In this document: one piece after another, positions 30,687 through 41,574 of the stretch
How positions within the stretch are numbered: position 1 is the stretch's first letter
Layout of the letters: each line of letters starts with the position of its first letter
Assembly: GCA_051546255.1 (NCBI GenBank)
Contig: CP128822.1
Location: 62,001-126,000, forward strand
Direction of reading: 5' to 3'
Source: Meyerozyma guilliermondii
Lineage: Eukaryota
Length of the DNA: 64,000 nt
Notes under the pieces: generated by a model
The model's database searches: none
What the model was told of the DNA's origin: nothing
The model's input: the letters and a program-made list of their open reading frames with translations, nothing else
Position numbers and translations under genes: made by a program

Positions 30687-31474
30687 TTAGTCGAGACGGA
30701 AAACCAGCCTTTGGATGTTGTCACCGTCAACGTCCCTCCATTCCCTGAGTTTCCGCTGAAGAGCCTCCGACTTCATTTCAGGATAGTTACTACTAATGCA
30801 GTTAATGATCTCATTGTACAATACCCTGTAAGCTGCGGGAGAAAAATGGATCCCATCAGGAAGAAACTCCTCACAGGAGACCGAATTATCTAGTATCTTT
30901 TCCTCTTCAAATCCACCTTCGCGGACAAAAGCGCTCCACAAGTCAATAAAAGGAACATTTAACTCTTGAGCTACCAGTTCCACTGCCTGAGAGTACTTTC
31001 TATTCTTGGCGGAACTTGCAATTGTGCCATCTTGAAACACCCTTTTGTTCGCAGCTTGGTCGTGTAGAGTAGGGCCAATGAGAATCACCTTAATACCCTT
31101 TTCAAGAGCCATTGATGTCATAGCCTTGATATTGGCCCGATATTTGTCCAAGGAAACTGCTTGGATGGTATCCAAGGCGTCATTTGTGCCAATGAAAATG
31201 GTCAAAAGTTTCACCACGGATTTTCCAGGAACATGCTCGGCAGCTAGCACTTCTGGGAGCACGTACAGCAAGTTGTTGGAATTGTAGCCGCTGACTCCCC
31301 GATTTAAAACATCTAATTTGAGGGTGTAATCTGCGTTAGAAATGGATCGATTTTTACGAGATGAAAGTACTTACCACTGGCCAATTGCAGTCCAAACCCA
31401 AACCCCTTGCTGCTGTTGAAGGAGAATTCAGTGATTGAATCGCCAAAAAGAACAATCTTGTCGTAGTTTAACAT
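30687..31474 (-). CDS. IAH1: Isoamyl acetate-hydrolysing SGNH esterase, two exons (31474-31375, 31330-30687)
   Basis: Exon 1 MLNYDKIVLFGDSITEF (GDS motif). Intron 31331-31374 reads GTAAGT...TCTAACGCAG. Splicing gives DYTLKLDVLNRGVSGYNS, then GTND and DGIH. Confidence 0.93.
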
Positions 31475-31599
31475 TCCTTTACTCCTTGAACTTTATCAAC
31501 CAAAAGTTGTATCGAGGTGTAACATGCAGGAAGTAATAATTTTTTTCCTGCATAATACATGTCGCATTTGGATTAAATGGTAAAAAATATGTATTTTGT

Positions 31600-32390
31600 A
31601 AAATTCCAACTGGTTGCAAAATTTCAAAATATGATTCTTATGGGAAATCGCCTGTAAAAGCCCCATGTAGTTCAATCGTTGCCAAATGACTATCAGAACG
31701 AGGAATTCTTCCAGATATTTTAAAGCCGAATACTATCAAGCAGGAACTAGACGTCAACAAGAATAATGGTATTGGCTCAAGTTCAGAGAGTGTGGCTATA
31801 GTGGACCACATCCCAGTTTTGCATGGCAGAGGGTTTAGTGGCGCTCGCCTATTTTCAACGATAATATGCAAATTGTGCATCCTAGAGTTATCCACCCCGT
31901 TCGGATTCGACGGTTGAATACCTCAGGCTCCTATGGGTGAACCGCTTGCAAATGAGCTCGGACAAGTGAGTCAAACAGGAACTTTCATTGACTTAATTAA
32001 CGACCGAGATCAAGTCATTCGGTGAAAAAAAGGAATCGGTCGGAGGTCGAAAGACAAACGCTTCGATCTGACAAGCAGGGACAAGGTCAAATCGTCCAGG
32101 TACGGTTTGAAGTTGGGTTTGAGGGCAAGTAAACGTCCTTGCATCAGAAATCTGGAGTAAAGCGATTCTTCCATTGAAATATTTGGCTGCATAAAAATCA
32201 GTAAAATTTCAAGTGTATCTAGCAGATTAGTAGTATTTCTCTGTACGGTGTACAATGTTCCGTGGTGTATATGGACTAGTGTACTGGTGTACATCTGCTG
32301 GTGTTTCTCAGGTCGAAATCACTTATGCTCTTGTTGTAAAGGTCTCAATGAAATCTCACTACTTGCTTGTTTCTCAATATTTTAGATATT
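31600..32390 (-). ncRNA. TER1: Telomerase RNA (ends approximate)
   Basis: Template-like GUACACCAGUACAC (plus strand GTGTACTGGTGTAC, 32279-32292) is complementary to (ACTGGTGT)n. A U-rich H-type pseudoknot lies 3' of it at 31982-32042, and Sm-like AU4-6 sites at 31581-31632. All fall in a non-coding gap. Confidence 0.82.
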
Positions 32391-32876
32391 TACTAAAAGT
32401 CGTTCTTCGTTTGAAACCTCAAACTCAAACCCCCGTCCTCTTTTTGCAATTTGGTCCCATAACCAAAAAAATCTTAAAGTCTCAAAATTCATCACCACGC
32501 GCACTTTTAACATCTTTGACAGTTGCACATCCTAAAACGAAAGGCCAACGGACTGCACGAGTGCGAACCTGGCTGCGAAGATGCCTGCAGACAGCGGCCC
32601 ACCCTACGACTTCCGCCTCTTCACATTCCTACACCCATTGCTCGCAACCGTTACCCGCCCGCGCACCGAGCCTGAATCTCTGCTGGGGTATCTTTGAGGA
32701 ACAGACCCATTGTCACAAAACACGTTTCGAAATCACTTTGTCGCAAATCACGGCTCCGCCAGTGTCCTACAAGCCCATACATTGCTTCTGCTTCACTGGA
32801 ATCCTGCCTCACTTTGCGTGTGTTTTCCAGCCACGTTTTGACCAATCCCGTTGATTGTGACAAGAACATTTTGAAA

Positions 32877-35800
32877 ATGAGTGGACAGCAAGAAAGCTGG
32901 ACCAACCAGCAGCGTCCATTGGGACAGCAATTCAAGTAAGTAATGTGTTTTGGCTATGCTTTTTGGAACACGGTTCATGAACCTGTGCAAATAGATTGCC
33001 GATGGTGGTGCCGACGGTGAGATTTTCATCGAGATGGCATTGGACAGTGGGCACGGAACCCGTTGTCAAAGTCACGATAACGACACCAAATGGCAACGGG
33101 ATGCTCCAGCAACCCAATACAATCCTCGTGGATTGTTTTTGGCATTTTTTTCTTGTTTATCTTTGTTATACTAACCCAGCCGCCCTCACCCGCCAGTACT
33201 TCCCCCTCCAGCAGCATTGGAGATGGGTGCCCATCCCTTCTACTCGCTCCCAAGTCTCTCGAACTTGGGGTCAGGAACCGGAGGACCCCAGCAACGTGTT
33301 TCCGGTTTCAATATCCCATCGATAAACGCCGGAAACGAGTCGAGTCACAACGTGACAAAAACCGAAACGGGCCCCGAACTTCGCCGACTCTCGTCGGTGG
33401 GAATGAACCACAACCCTTCGCAGCTCCCACCTCCTACGCCAATGAACAACGAACAACCCTCGGCACTGGCTCCTCCTGGAATGCCAGCCGGCGTTCCCAA
33501 TCGCACTGCTACAACCAACGTTTACAGGACATTGAACGTCAGAGATGCATTGTCGTATTTGGACCAGGTGAAGATCCAGTTCTACAGTCAGGCAGATGTC
33601 TACAATAACTTTTTGGATATCATGAAAGATTTCAAGTCACAAAATATCGACACTTCCGAAGTCATCGATCGAGTGTCTACTTTGTTCAAGGGTCACCCCA
33701 ACTTGATTCAGGGCTTCAACACATTCTTACCTGCTGGCTACAAAATTGAGTGCTCGCTCGACCCATCGGACCCCAATCCAATCCGGGTTACCACTCCTAC
33801 TGGTACCACCAAGCGCCCCAATATGAATGCAACGTATGGCCAATGGAGCTCAACCACAGGAGAGACCAATGGTCAACAGGACTCCCAAGCCAACCAGCAA
33901 GCGTTGTCCAGCGCTCACCAGGCAGCACATCAATTGCAAGCACTGCAACAACCACCTTTTGGAAATGATCCTAATGGGGGCCAGATTGAGTTCAACCATG
34001 CCATTTCCTATGTCAACAAGATCAAAACGAGATTCGCCAACCAGCCAGATATTTACAAGCATTTTTTGGAAATTCTTCAGACATACCAGCGCGAACAGAA
34101 ACCCATCAGTGAAGTGTACGAACAAGTGACGGTTTTGTTTGCAAACTCTCCCGATTTATTGGACGATTTCAAACAATTTCTTCCAGACACTTCGAACCAG
34201 GCAACTACACAACCGGCTTACTTGCCTCCTGATAGTGCCAATGGATCCAATGGTTCGCAATTGCCGCCTGTAGGTAATTTCCACCAACCTTCTGCCCCAG
34301 GAATGAGCCCGGGAGAAGTAGGGTCGTTTCACCAGCCCATGTTCCAAGACGAATTCCGCAAAAGAAAGTCCATTGACCAACGCAATGACCCAAGAGCGCA
34401 ATACGAAGCCGGACCATACGAAAACCATTATAATGCTGAAGCTCAATACTCGAGTCTTCGATCAAAACCTCTGCCAGTCCAAAACAAGAATGGTGCAATG
34501 ATACCGAAGGCAGTCAATCCGGCATTAGTCCCTGGTGTTCCGGAACCAGTACCTCCTTCGCACACTTCCAAGTCGTCGTCATTGCTGGAGGAGTTGAGCT
34601 TTTTCGACAAGGTGAAAAAGGCAATTGGTAACAAGCAGACTTACAATGAATTTCTCAAGATCCTTAACTTATTCTCGCAAGACATTATTGACAAGGAAAC
34701 ATTAGTGGAGAGAGTCGACTCGTTTATTGGAGAGAATCATCCCGACCTTTTCAACTGGTTTAAAATGTTTGTGGGCTATGAAGATAAGCCCCAGCGCATC
34801 GAGAATATAACCTTCAAGAAACATCAATTGGAACTCTCTCTCTGCAAGGCTTTTGGACCCTCATACAGACAGCTTCCCAAGTCCGAAACTTTCATGCCAT
34901 GTTCAGGACGCGATGAGATGTGCTGGGAGGTTTTGAACGATGAATGGGTCGGACATCCAACGTGGGCTTCGGAAGATTCAGGCTTCATTGCACACAGAAA
35001 GAACCAATACGAGGAGATTCTTTTCAAGATTGAAGAAGAACGTTTAGAATTTGACTATCACATGGAAGCCAACTTGAGAACCATACAGACTTTAGAAACA
35101 ATTGCGAACCGTATTGCCAACATGACCCCCGAGCAAAAGGCAAGTTTCAAGCTCCCTGAGGATTTGGGTCATACTTCAAGCACCATCTATAAAAAGGTGA
35201 TAAGAAAGATCTACGACAAGGATAGAGGGTTTGAAGTCATTGATGCGTTGCATGAAAACCCTGCTATTGCCGTACCGGTGGTGTTGAAGAGATTGAAGCA
35301 AAAGGATGAAGAATGGAAGAGAAGTCATCGTGAATGGAACAAGGTTTGGAGAGAAATGGAGCAGAAGGTGTTTTACAAATCTTTGGACCACTTGGGCTTG
35401 ACATTCAAGCAGGCGGATAAAAAATTGTTGACTGCAAAGCAGCTTGTCAGCGAAATCAGTACCGTCAAGGTCGAACAACAGAACAAAAGATTGCATCCGT
35501 TGACGCCAAAACCCCAAGAACAACTTCAGTACAAGTTTGACGAACCCATAGTTCTTTTGGATATATTGAAATTGGTGACTGTTTTCATCAAATCGTCGAA
35601 TTATTCCGTCAATGATCGTGAAAAATTGAGCTATTTCTTCCAGTCGTTTTTGACTTTATTCTTCAAATTGCCGAAAGAGACCATAGCAGCAGCAGCGAGT
35701 GAAAAGTCTGACGGAAAGGCAGAAGAGGATTCCGAGTCACTTACCGAGAGTCAGGGTGATCAATTGGGACCCAATCCTAAGAAGCGTCATCGTGACACGG

Positions 35801-37254
35801 ACTTGTTGCGCGATGTTTTAAAGAAACAGTCAAGAGCCAAGAAGGATGATACTACAGAGTCTCCTTCACCAGTGGTAAGCGATTCTGATGAACCAGATGT
35901 TTCTCATGAGGCCGACAAGTCGAGCGAATTGTGGATTAAGACTTTACCGCGCGGCGAAGAACCTTCCTCTTCGGAGCAGCAAGGTCCTGAAAAGCGTGAC
36001 AAGTTCAACTTGTTCTGTAATACCACCATTTACGTTTTCTTCCGTCACTTGAGAACACTTTACGAGCGTTTAGTCGAAATCAAAGCAATGAATAAGGCGG
36101 TTGGAGAGGAGATCAGATCTCGGAAACTACCTCAATTTGCTAAAGACTTGAATTTGTCGTCGCATCAACTTGAAGATATGGGTGTGGAAATCAAGGGCGA
36201 CAAAGATTGCTACAAGCAAGTGCTCGATCTCGCTGAGAGGCTCATCGAAGGAGAAGTGGAGCACCAGTGGTATGAAGAATCATTGAGACAAGCATACAGG
36301 AACCGTGCTTACAAGATGTATACCGTCGACAAGTTGGTGCAATCCATGGTAAAGCACATGCACACTATTGTGTCCGACAGCAGAACTTCGGAAATGATTG
36401 TCCTTTTCGAAGCAGATAGAGCACAAACCACTTCAACTGCCAAGGACCAAATACTTTACCGTATCAAAGTGAGATCATTAATGTCCACCGACGAGAACAT
36501 GTTCAAGATAGCTCTTCGAGAAAGTGACTCATCTGTTTCCATTCAGTTTGTTAGCCTTGATGACCTCACCATCAACGACCAACAAAGTGCGGAGGAGAAG
36601 TATAACTACTATGTCACAAGTTACGTTATGTCTTACCCTACAGAAGGAGTACCTGCTTCCAAGCTTAACTTACCATTTTCGAAGTCTTTCATCGAAAACA
36701 TAGAGGAAGAAGATTGTGATGGACTTGCACGTTCAGGCTTGAAAGTTTCTGTCTGCGAGAACTCATTTAGGTTGTTCTTTGAGGCTGATTCTCACGACGA
36801 GTACACTGCTAATACGGTGTTCAACAAGAAACCGGAGGAGACTCTGAAGAAAGACCGTCTTGAAGGGTTGAAGGCATTGCTTGACAACGAAGAGATTGGG
36901 TGGAAGTCATCATTAGACAAACGTACGGATCCCAAAGTATTGGAAGAACGTGCTAACATTCTTATCTCCAAGGGTGCAAGTGCCTATTTGGAGAGCGAGA
37001 ACCTCATCACTACAAAATCAGTACAAGAATCAGCACCAGATGTTGATATGGAAGATGTTGCTGTGCCCGCCAGTGGTGAAGAGACTTCTCTGGAACCAAA
37101 GCACCCCGCTACCACTACTGATGGAGAAGCAGATGCTACAATCTTGCACGAGCAAAACGACACCACCGTGCAGCAAGACGCCAATGATACGACCACCGAA
37201 GACACGACCATACATCAAGAAGACCATACCATGATTGCTAACCAAGACGAATAA
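32877..37254 (+). CDS. SIN3: Sin3 corepressor (Rpd3 HDAC scaffold), two exons (32877-32935, 33180-37254)
   Basis: PAH domains (LNVRDALSYLDQVK, EFNHAISYVNKIK) and HID (CSGRD...VLNDEWV). Intron 32936-33179 (GTAAGT...TACTAACCCAG) joins in frame. Confidence 0.95.
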
Positions 37255-37315
37255 TAGTTGATATTGAAAGGAGTATTTCGAACCGAAAAATGTATTTTTA
37301 CTCAGTTACTGTAAG

Positions 37316-40300
37316 CTAACCAAGACGTCCTTCAGCAGCGGCTCTCGCTAGACGCTCCGTAGCTATACTATGCGCCAACCTCTCTCTCTGGTCGAGTCTG
37401 CGAGCAACATATGCTTTCTCTCCTTTAACCAACAAAAGACGAAGAATTATGTCTTCTGTGAGCACCTGCGCTGCCATAGGGTCAGACCTTGCTTCTTGAG
37501 CTTCACGGTCAGCTCTTTCTCTCGCCTTAGCAGTGGCATGTGCATTGATAGTCTTGCTTCTTGCCAAGCTGCCTGCACGAGAAAGCGCTCTCTGCCTGGA
37601 AAGGTTCTGAGACTTGATCTGTTTAGCTTCTTTCTCTCTTGTGTCTTTCGTCTCAAATCCCGTAAAGTTGTTTCTTTCACGTAAAACTTTGACATAGGCT
37701 GGCGACAACCGATCTACTTCCAGAAACAAAAACTCAATATCACGATCATAGTAGACGGGAACTAGCAAGAGCGATTGGTAATGCTCATTCTTAAGGTCTG
37801 CTATGGGAGGGCCATTGCCATTATTGTGGAAAAAGTCAAAACATAAAAATGTTAACCAGGCAAATACCGTCTCAAGCTCGTTGTTGGTGAGCAGTCTACC
37901 AAAGCCACTTATACCAATTGAATTCGACACACTTGCTACTGCAGTGGATACAGCAGATTGCCATCCAGAAGTGCCCGTGCTTGTCAGTGAAAGCTTAGAC
38001 CCAATGGTAGACAACTGAAAAGTTTTGGCACTAGCAAGCTTTGGTAAGAGAAGCTCATCTGCACTTGAAACCACCACGTTCCACGCCGCTACCATCACTT
38101 TCATGAGCATTTCCTGGGTTAAATATTGGGCAAGAACTTCAAGATTTTGATTCAAGTAATTGTACAATGGCATCATAGCTTCGTCCATTTGTTCCTGTGA
38201 TGGTTTTACTGTTCCCATGCTCCCACAAATTGACCGCAAATTGCTCCTCGAAAAGCAGTAATGTATGAACCGAGAAAACTTGGCAACGATCAAATTAACA
38301 CATCTTTCCTGGGACCGTTTGAGACATCTGTACGCTCTTCCAGTGACAAATATGGCATCAAGTCGTTCACTTTCGACAGCAACTTCAAGCAAAATTCTAC
38401 CTTGCGAGTCTAAATCAAGATAAATTTCTTGCGGTATACCATCGTGTTTAAATCGATGTGGATCCAATTGCAACAACGCTCGTCCACAGATAGAATGTGA
38501 TCCAATAGTTTTCTCGTCCCATGCCGTAACAGATATGGTTAGAGACGAGTTAGCAGCCAAAGTGATTTCAAACTCTTCATCCCACTCTGGCAATGGAGTA
38601 TTGTGAAGTGTTCTTGTCTTTCCAATGGTTTTTCTTGCCTTGGTATCGATAAGTGTAACATATGGGCTCAAACTAGAAGCAGCCGAACCAGATGTGCATT
38701 GCAAATTCTCTGCTTTAACCAAGCGCAAGGAGAAAACGTGGCTTGTATATTCCTTCTTCAGTGAAGGCTCGTACGCGGAGACCACATTTGAAATGTTTTC
38801 TGGATCGAGTATATCCTCTAGCTTGCTCAATTGGTACATCATAGCCTGAAGGTTGTTAAGCGCAACACATGTTTGTGGCTTGAAGTTATAGGCACTTTCA
38901 GCTTCGAGCTTTGGGGCTCCTCCACTCTGGATATTATTGACCACGCTCTTCATTTCATCGAACCAGTTTCCACTCTTCCGCTTGTCTGTCGTGGATTCTG
39001 CCAATTCAAGAAGCTTCTTCTGTTCCTCTTCATCAAGCTCGCCAATTATCTTGTCAGTAACAGTATTGGCGTATAATAAGATTGCATCTGAGATACTCTT
39101 TAAAAGTGTAGTCTGTACTTTGGCTAGTTGGTATTCGTTGGACCAATTTAAAGACTTCAAAATTCTCAAATACTCCTTGACCAACGTGAAAATATCGAGA
39201 ACAGACGAGCTATGTTTCTTGTCGTCGTGCTCGAGGTTGATTGCATTGTATTTGTCGGAAGTGAGTGCCTGCTCCACAATTGATTTCAATTTCTCACCAC
39301 TTTCAATCACCCATTCTTGGAGAAATTCATAAAAAAACGATTCCAAATCAAAAGAGAAAACCGACTTTGAAGTGGAAACTTGATTGTAGATATTGCGGAT
39401 CTCATAAAGTGATTTGTACGCTTCTAGTGCGTCACCAAATGGAAGCTCTTCATTTCGTGATTTGCAATATGCTGCAATATGCTTCAAGATATTCTTGGAA
39501 TCAGCTGCAAACATCCCAGTAATTACGGCGGCAGCGACATGGGGAACCATCAAAAAACCAAGAAGAGGGTTCTTGTATCTCTTTTGCAATCGCCTGACAT
39601 CCTCAACTATTTTGTCACTAATGTCAATGATATGAACTATGTTAAGGGTATCGTCACGAGGCAAATTACTCAAGTACTGAGCATATCGAGACTCTGAGGT
39701 CCGCATGAGGGTCTTTGACAATTTTTTCTCCCACTTTTTCGTCAAGCCAGATTCCGCTATCAGTGGGAAGAGACAATCTGATTCGAGAAAGTCTCCGAGT
39801 AGCATCAAGAATGGACCAAATTTGGGTTTGGCGTGTGGGTTGAATATCTGTTCCAACGACTGTTTTATACCATACATGGATTCATTATAAGAAAACGTCA
39901 AGTTTTTGGTCCATTCTTCTTGATCTTTGATGGCCCACATGTGTTTATCTTCCCAGTCTAGTTTACCAATCTCTTCAACAAGTCGCTTGCATTGTAAGAA
40001 GATTAGTTTAGTAGCGTCCATGTTAACCGGTCCGAGAGTATGAGGACCCTCATTGTCATCCTTCAAGATGCCCGATAGATGAGCAGCAGTATAGAGGCAT
40101 ACTGCCCTGGTAGAATAGTCTTGGAGCCAAATGTTTGCGCAGGTGGATATGATGGACAACATTGGTTTTGAGAAGAGTGCGGTTTCGGTGTCCTGAATGA
40201 TTGTATTCTTATGCTGGTGTTGCAAGCATAGCAACATTAATATGACGAGATATGAGCGGCCATGAGATTTGGATGGTATCATGTAGTAGTCCAGTCCATT

Positions 40301-41296
40301 TGGGAGCGGAGGAGCGGCAAGAAGTTTCATGGAAGGTGGGACTTTATACTTGTTGGAAATGGACGAGGAAAGGTCCAAAAATCGCTTTTTCCATGCATTG
40401 TAAGCTTTCATAGTTTGAAAGTTTCTGGGATTTAGCAAACCGAGGTCTTTCTCTGTATAAAAGTTGATTTGTTCAATGTCTTTGATGAGAGTCTTTTCCA
40501 GAACGTAATCTTTGAGCTTGAATACATCCTGTTGCAATTTGACCAGATCCACATTGAAAAGCTCCTGAAGAAGGGCGAGCTTGGTCTGGTCCATATCTGC
40601 CACCCGGAAGGAAGGTTTTCTATAGCGTGCGTTTGTCGGGTCCAAGGTGGAGGAGGAAGAGTGGCCCGAAGGTTTGAAAGATTGCTGAGCATCTCGAAGG
40701 GTCAGAATCACTGCTTCTGCTCTCTTGTCGTCTTTGGTCACGAGAGACTCGAGTATGTTTACAAACTTGGTAGCTTGAACAAATACCACCCCGCTGATAT
40801 CTGTAGGAGCAACGGTACCTACCTTTGCAACTTCTTTACTAGCACAAGAAACAAACTTCATTAGCAAGTATTGAAAAGTTCCATTTTTGGAGACTTCGTT
40901 TCGAAACCGGAGGTCTAGTAATTCACTGTAGAAACTGAGGAAAGATCTTCGAGTGGTTTCGTCCAATTCTGGACCAACATTCTTCTTCAATGCGATGGCT
41001 TTCAATCGAGACTCCAAGCTCGCTATCAAGTAGGATGGGATCTTTTCGTTTGCACGAGTCGGCGATCGGCTCTTGGTAAGCTCTAAGTCTTCTATCGGAG
41101 TCCGGAATCGGGCTTCTGTCACATAATCGAGAATCATTATTTTAAGTACCAGTTCATAGAGTGCTACACGATCAACCAGATCGTAGGAATTATCGTCTGC
41201 GAGCATCATTCCCGACGCCAAACTGTGGGTCCGGCTAGAGGCACTAGCCGAAGTGTCGTGCCGGAGAATGCGGTCCTTCTGGGATGCCAGCATCAT
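37316..41296 (-). CDS. C2-domain / Munc13-homology (MUN) protein, YOR296W-like
   Basis: C2 domain (FSLRLVKAENL...PYV...KTRT...PEWDEEF) flanked by helical MHD-like regions. Confidence 0.85.
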   Translation of the reverse strand: MMLASQKDRILRHDTSASASSRTHSLASGMMLADDNSYDLVDRVALYELVLKIMILDYVTEARFRTPIEDLELTKSRSPTRANEKIPSYLIASLESRLKAIALKKNVGPELDETTRRSFLSFYSELLDLRFRNEVSKNGTFQYLLMKFVSCASKEVAKVGTVAPTDISGVVFVQATKFVNILESLVTKDDKRAEAVILTLRDAQQSFKPSGHSSSSTLDPTNARYRKPSFRVADMDQTKLALLQELFNVDLVKLQQDVFKLKDYVLEKTLIKDIEQINFYTEKDLGLLNPRNFQTMKAYNAWKKRFLDLSSSISNKYKVPPSMKLLAAPPLPNGLDYYMIPSKSHGRSYLVILMLLCLQHQHKNTIIQDTETALFSKPMLSIISTCANIWLQDYSTRAVCLYTAAHLSGILKDDNEGPHTLGPVNMDATKLIFLQCKRLVEEIGKLDWEDKHMWAIKDQEEWTKNLTFSYNESMYGIKQSLEQIFNPHAKPKFGPFLMLLGDFLESDCLFPLIAESGLTKKWEKKLSKTLMRTSESRYAQYLSNLPRDDTLNIVHIIDISDKIVEDVRRLQKRYKNPLLGFLMVPHVAAAVITGMFAADSKNILKHIAAYCKSRNEELPFGDALEAYKSLYEIRNIYNQVSTSKSVFSFDLESFFYEFLQEWVIESGEKLKSIVEQALTSDKYNAINLEHDDKKHSSSVLDIFTLVKEYLRILKSLNWSNEYQLAKVQTTLLKSISDAILLYANTVTDKIIGELDEEEQKKLLELAESTTDKRKSGNWFDEMKSVVNNIQSGGAPKLEAESAYNFKPQTCVALNNLQAMMYQLSKLEDILDPENISNVVSAYEPSLKKEYTSHVFSLRLVKAENLQCTSGSAASSLSPYVTLIDTKARKTIGKTRTLHNTPLPEWDEEFEITLAANSSLTISVTAWDEKTIGSHSICGRALLQLDPHRFKHDGIPQEIYLDLDSQGRILLEVAVESERLDAIFVTGRAYRCLKRSQERCVNLIVAKFSRFIHYCFSRSNLRSICGSMGTVKPSQEQMDEAMMPLYNYLNQNLEVLAQYLTQEMLMKVMVAAWNVVVSSADELLLPKLASAKTFQLSTIGSKLSLTSTGTSGWQSAVSTAVASVSNSIGISGFGRLLTNNELETVFAWLTFLCFDFFHNNGNGPPIADLKNEHYQSLLLVPVYYDRDIEFLFLEVDRLSPAYVKVLRERNNFTGFETKDTREKEAKQIKSQNLSRQRALSRAGSLARSKTINAHATAKARERADREAQEARSDPMAAQVLTEDIILRLLLVKGEKAYVARRLDQRERLAHSIATERLARAAAEGRLG

Positions 41297-41574
41297 GGTG
41301 AAACGAGACGTTGCGACGAAGCAAAACAGTGAGAGTGCATTTGAAATCGCGCATTGTGGAGAAGACAATGTGATGGGGAGGGAGGGAGGAGGAAGTGAAG
41401 AAGAGAAGAAGTGGGAAAAGTGGGAAGGAGAGAGAAGAAGTGAGGAGAGTAAGGAAGAGGAATTGGTTCAAATAGCTTACTCTTTTGTTTCTTTGTGCTT
41501 GTATTGTACACTATATCACATCTACGACAAGGCCGTATGTCTATCACATTTTTCTCGTTAGTCTCTGGCGTTCT

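Noticed and set aside
32242..32304. Interstitial telomere or chromosome-fusion scar
   Set aside because: Fewer than two perfect repeats, and the correctly placed pseudoknot makes a telomerase template the better explanation.
32255..32854. 199-aa ORF and other short ORFs in the IAH1-SIN3 gap
   Set aside because: No recognisable domain or protein-like composition; they overlap the TER template and the promoter region.
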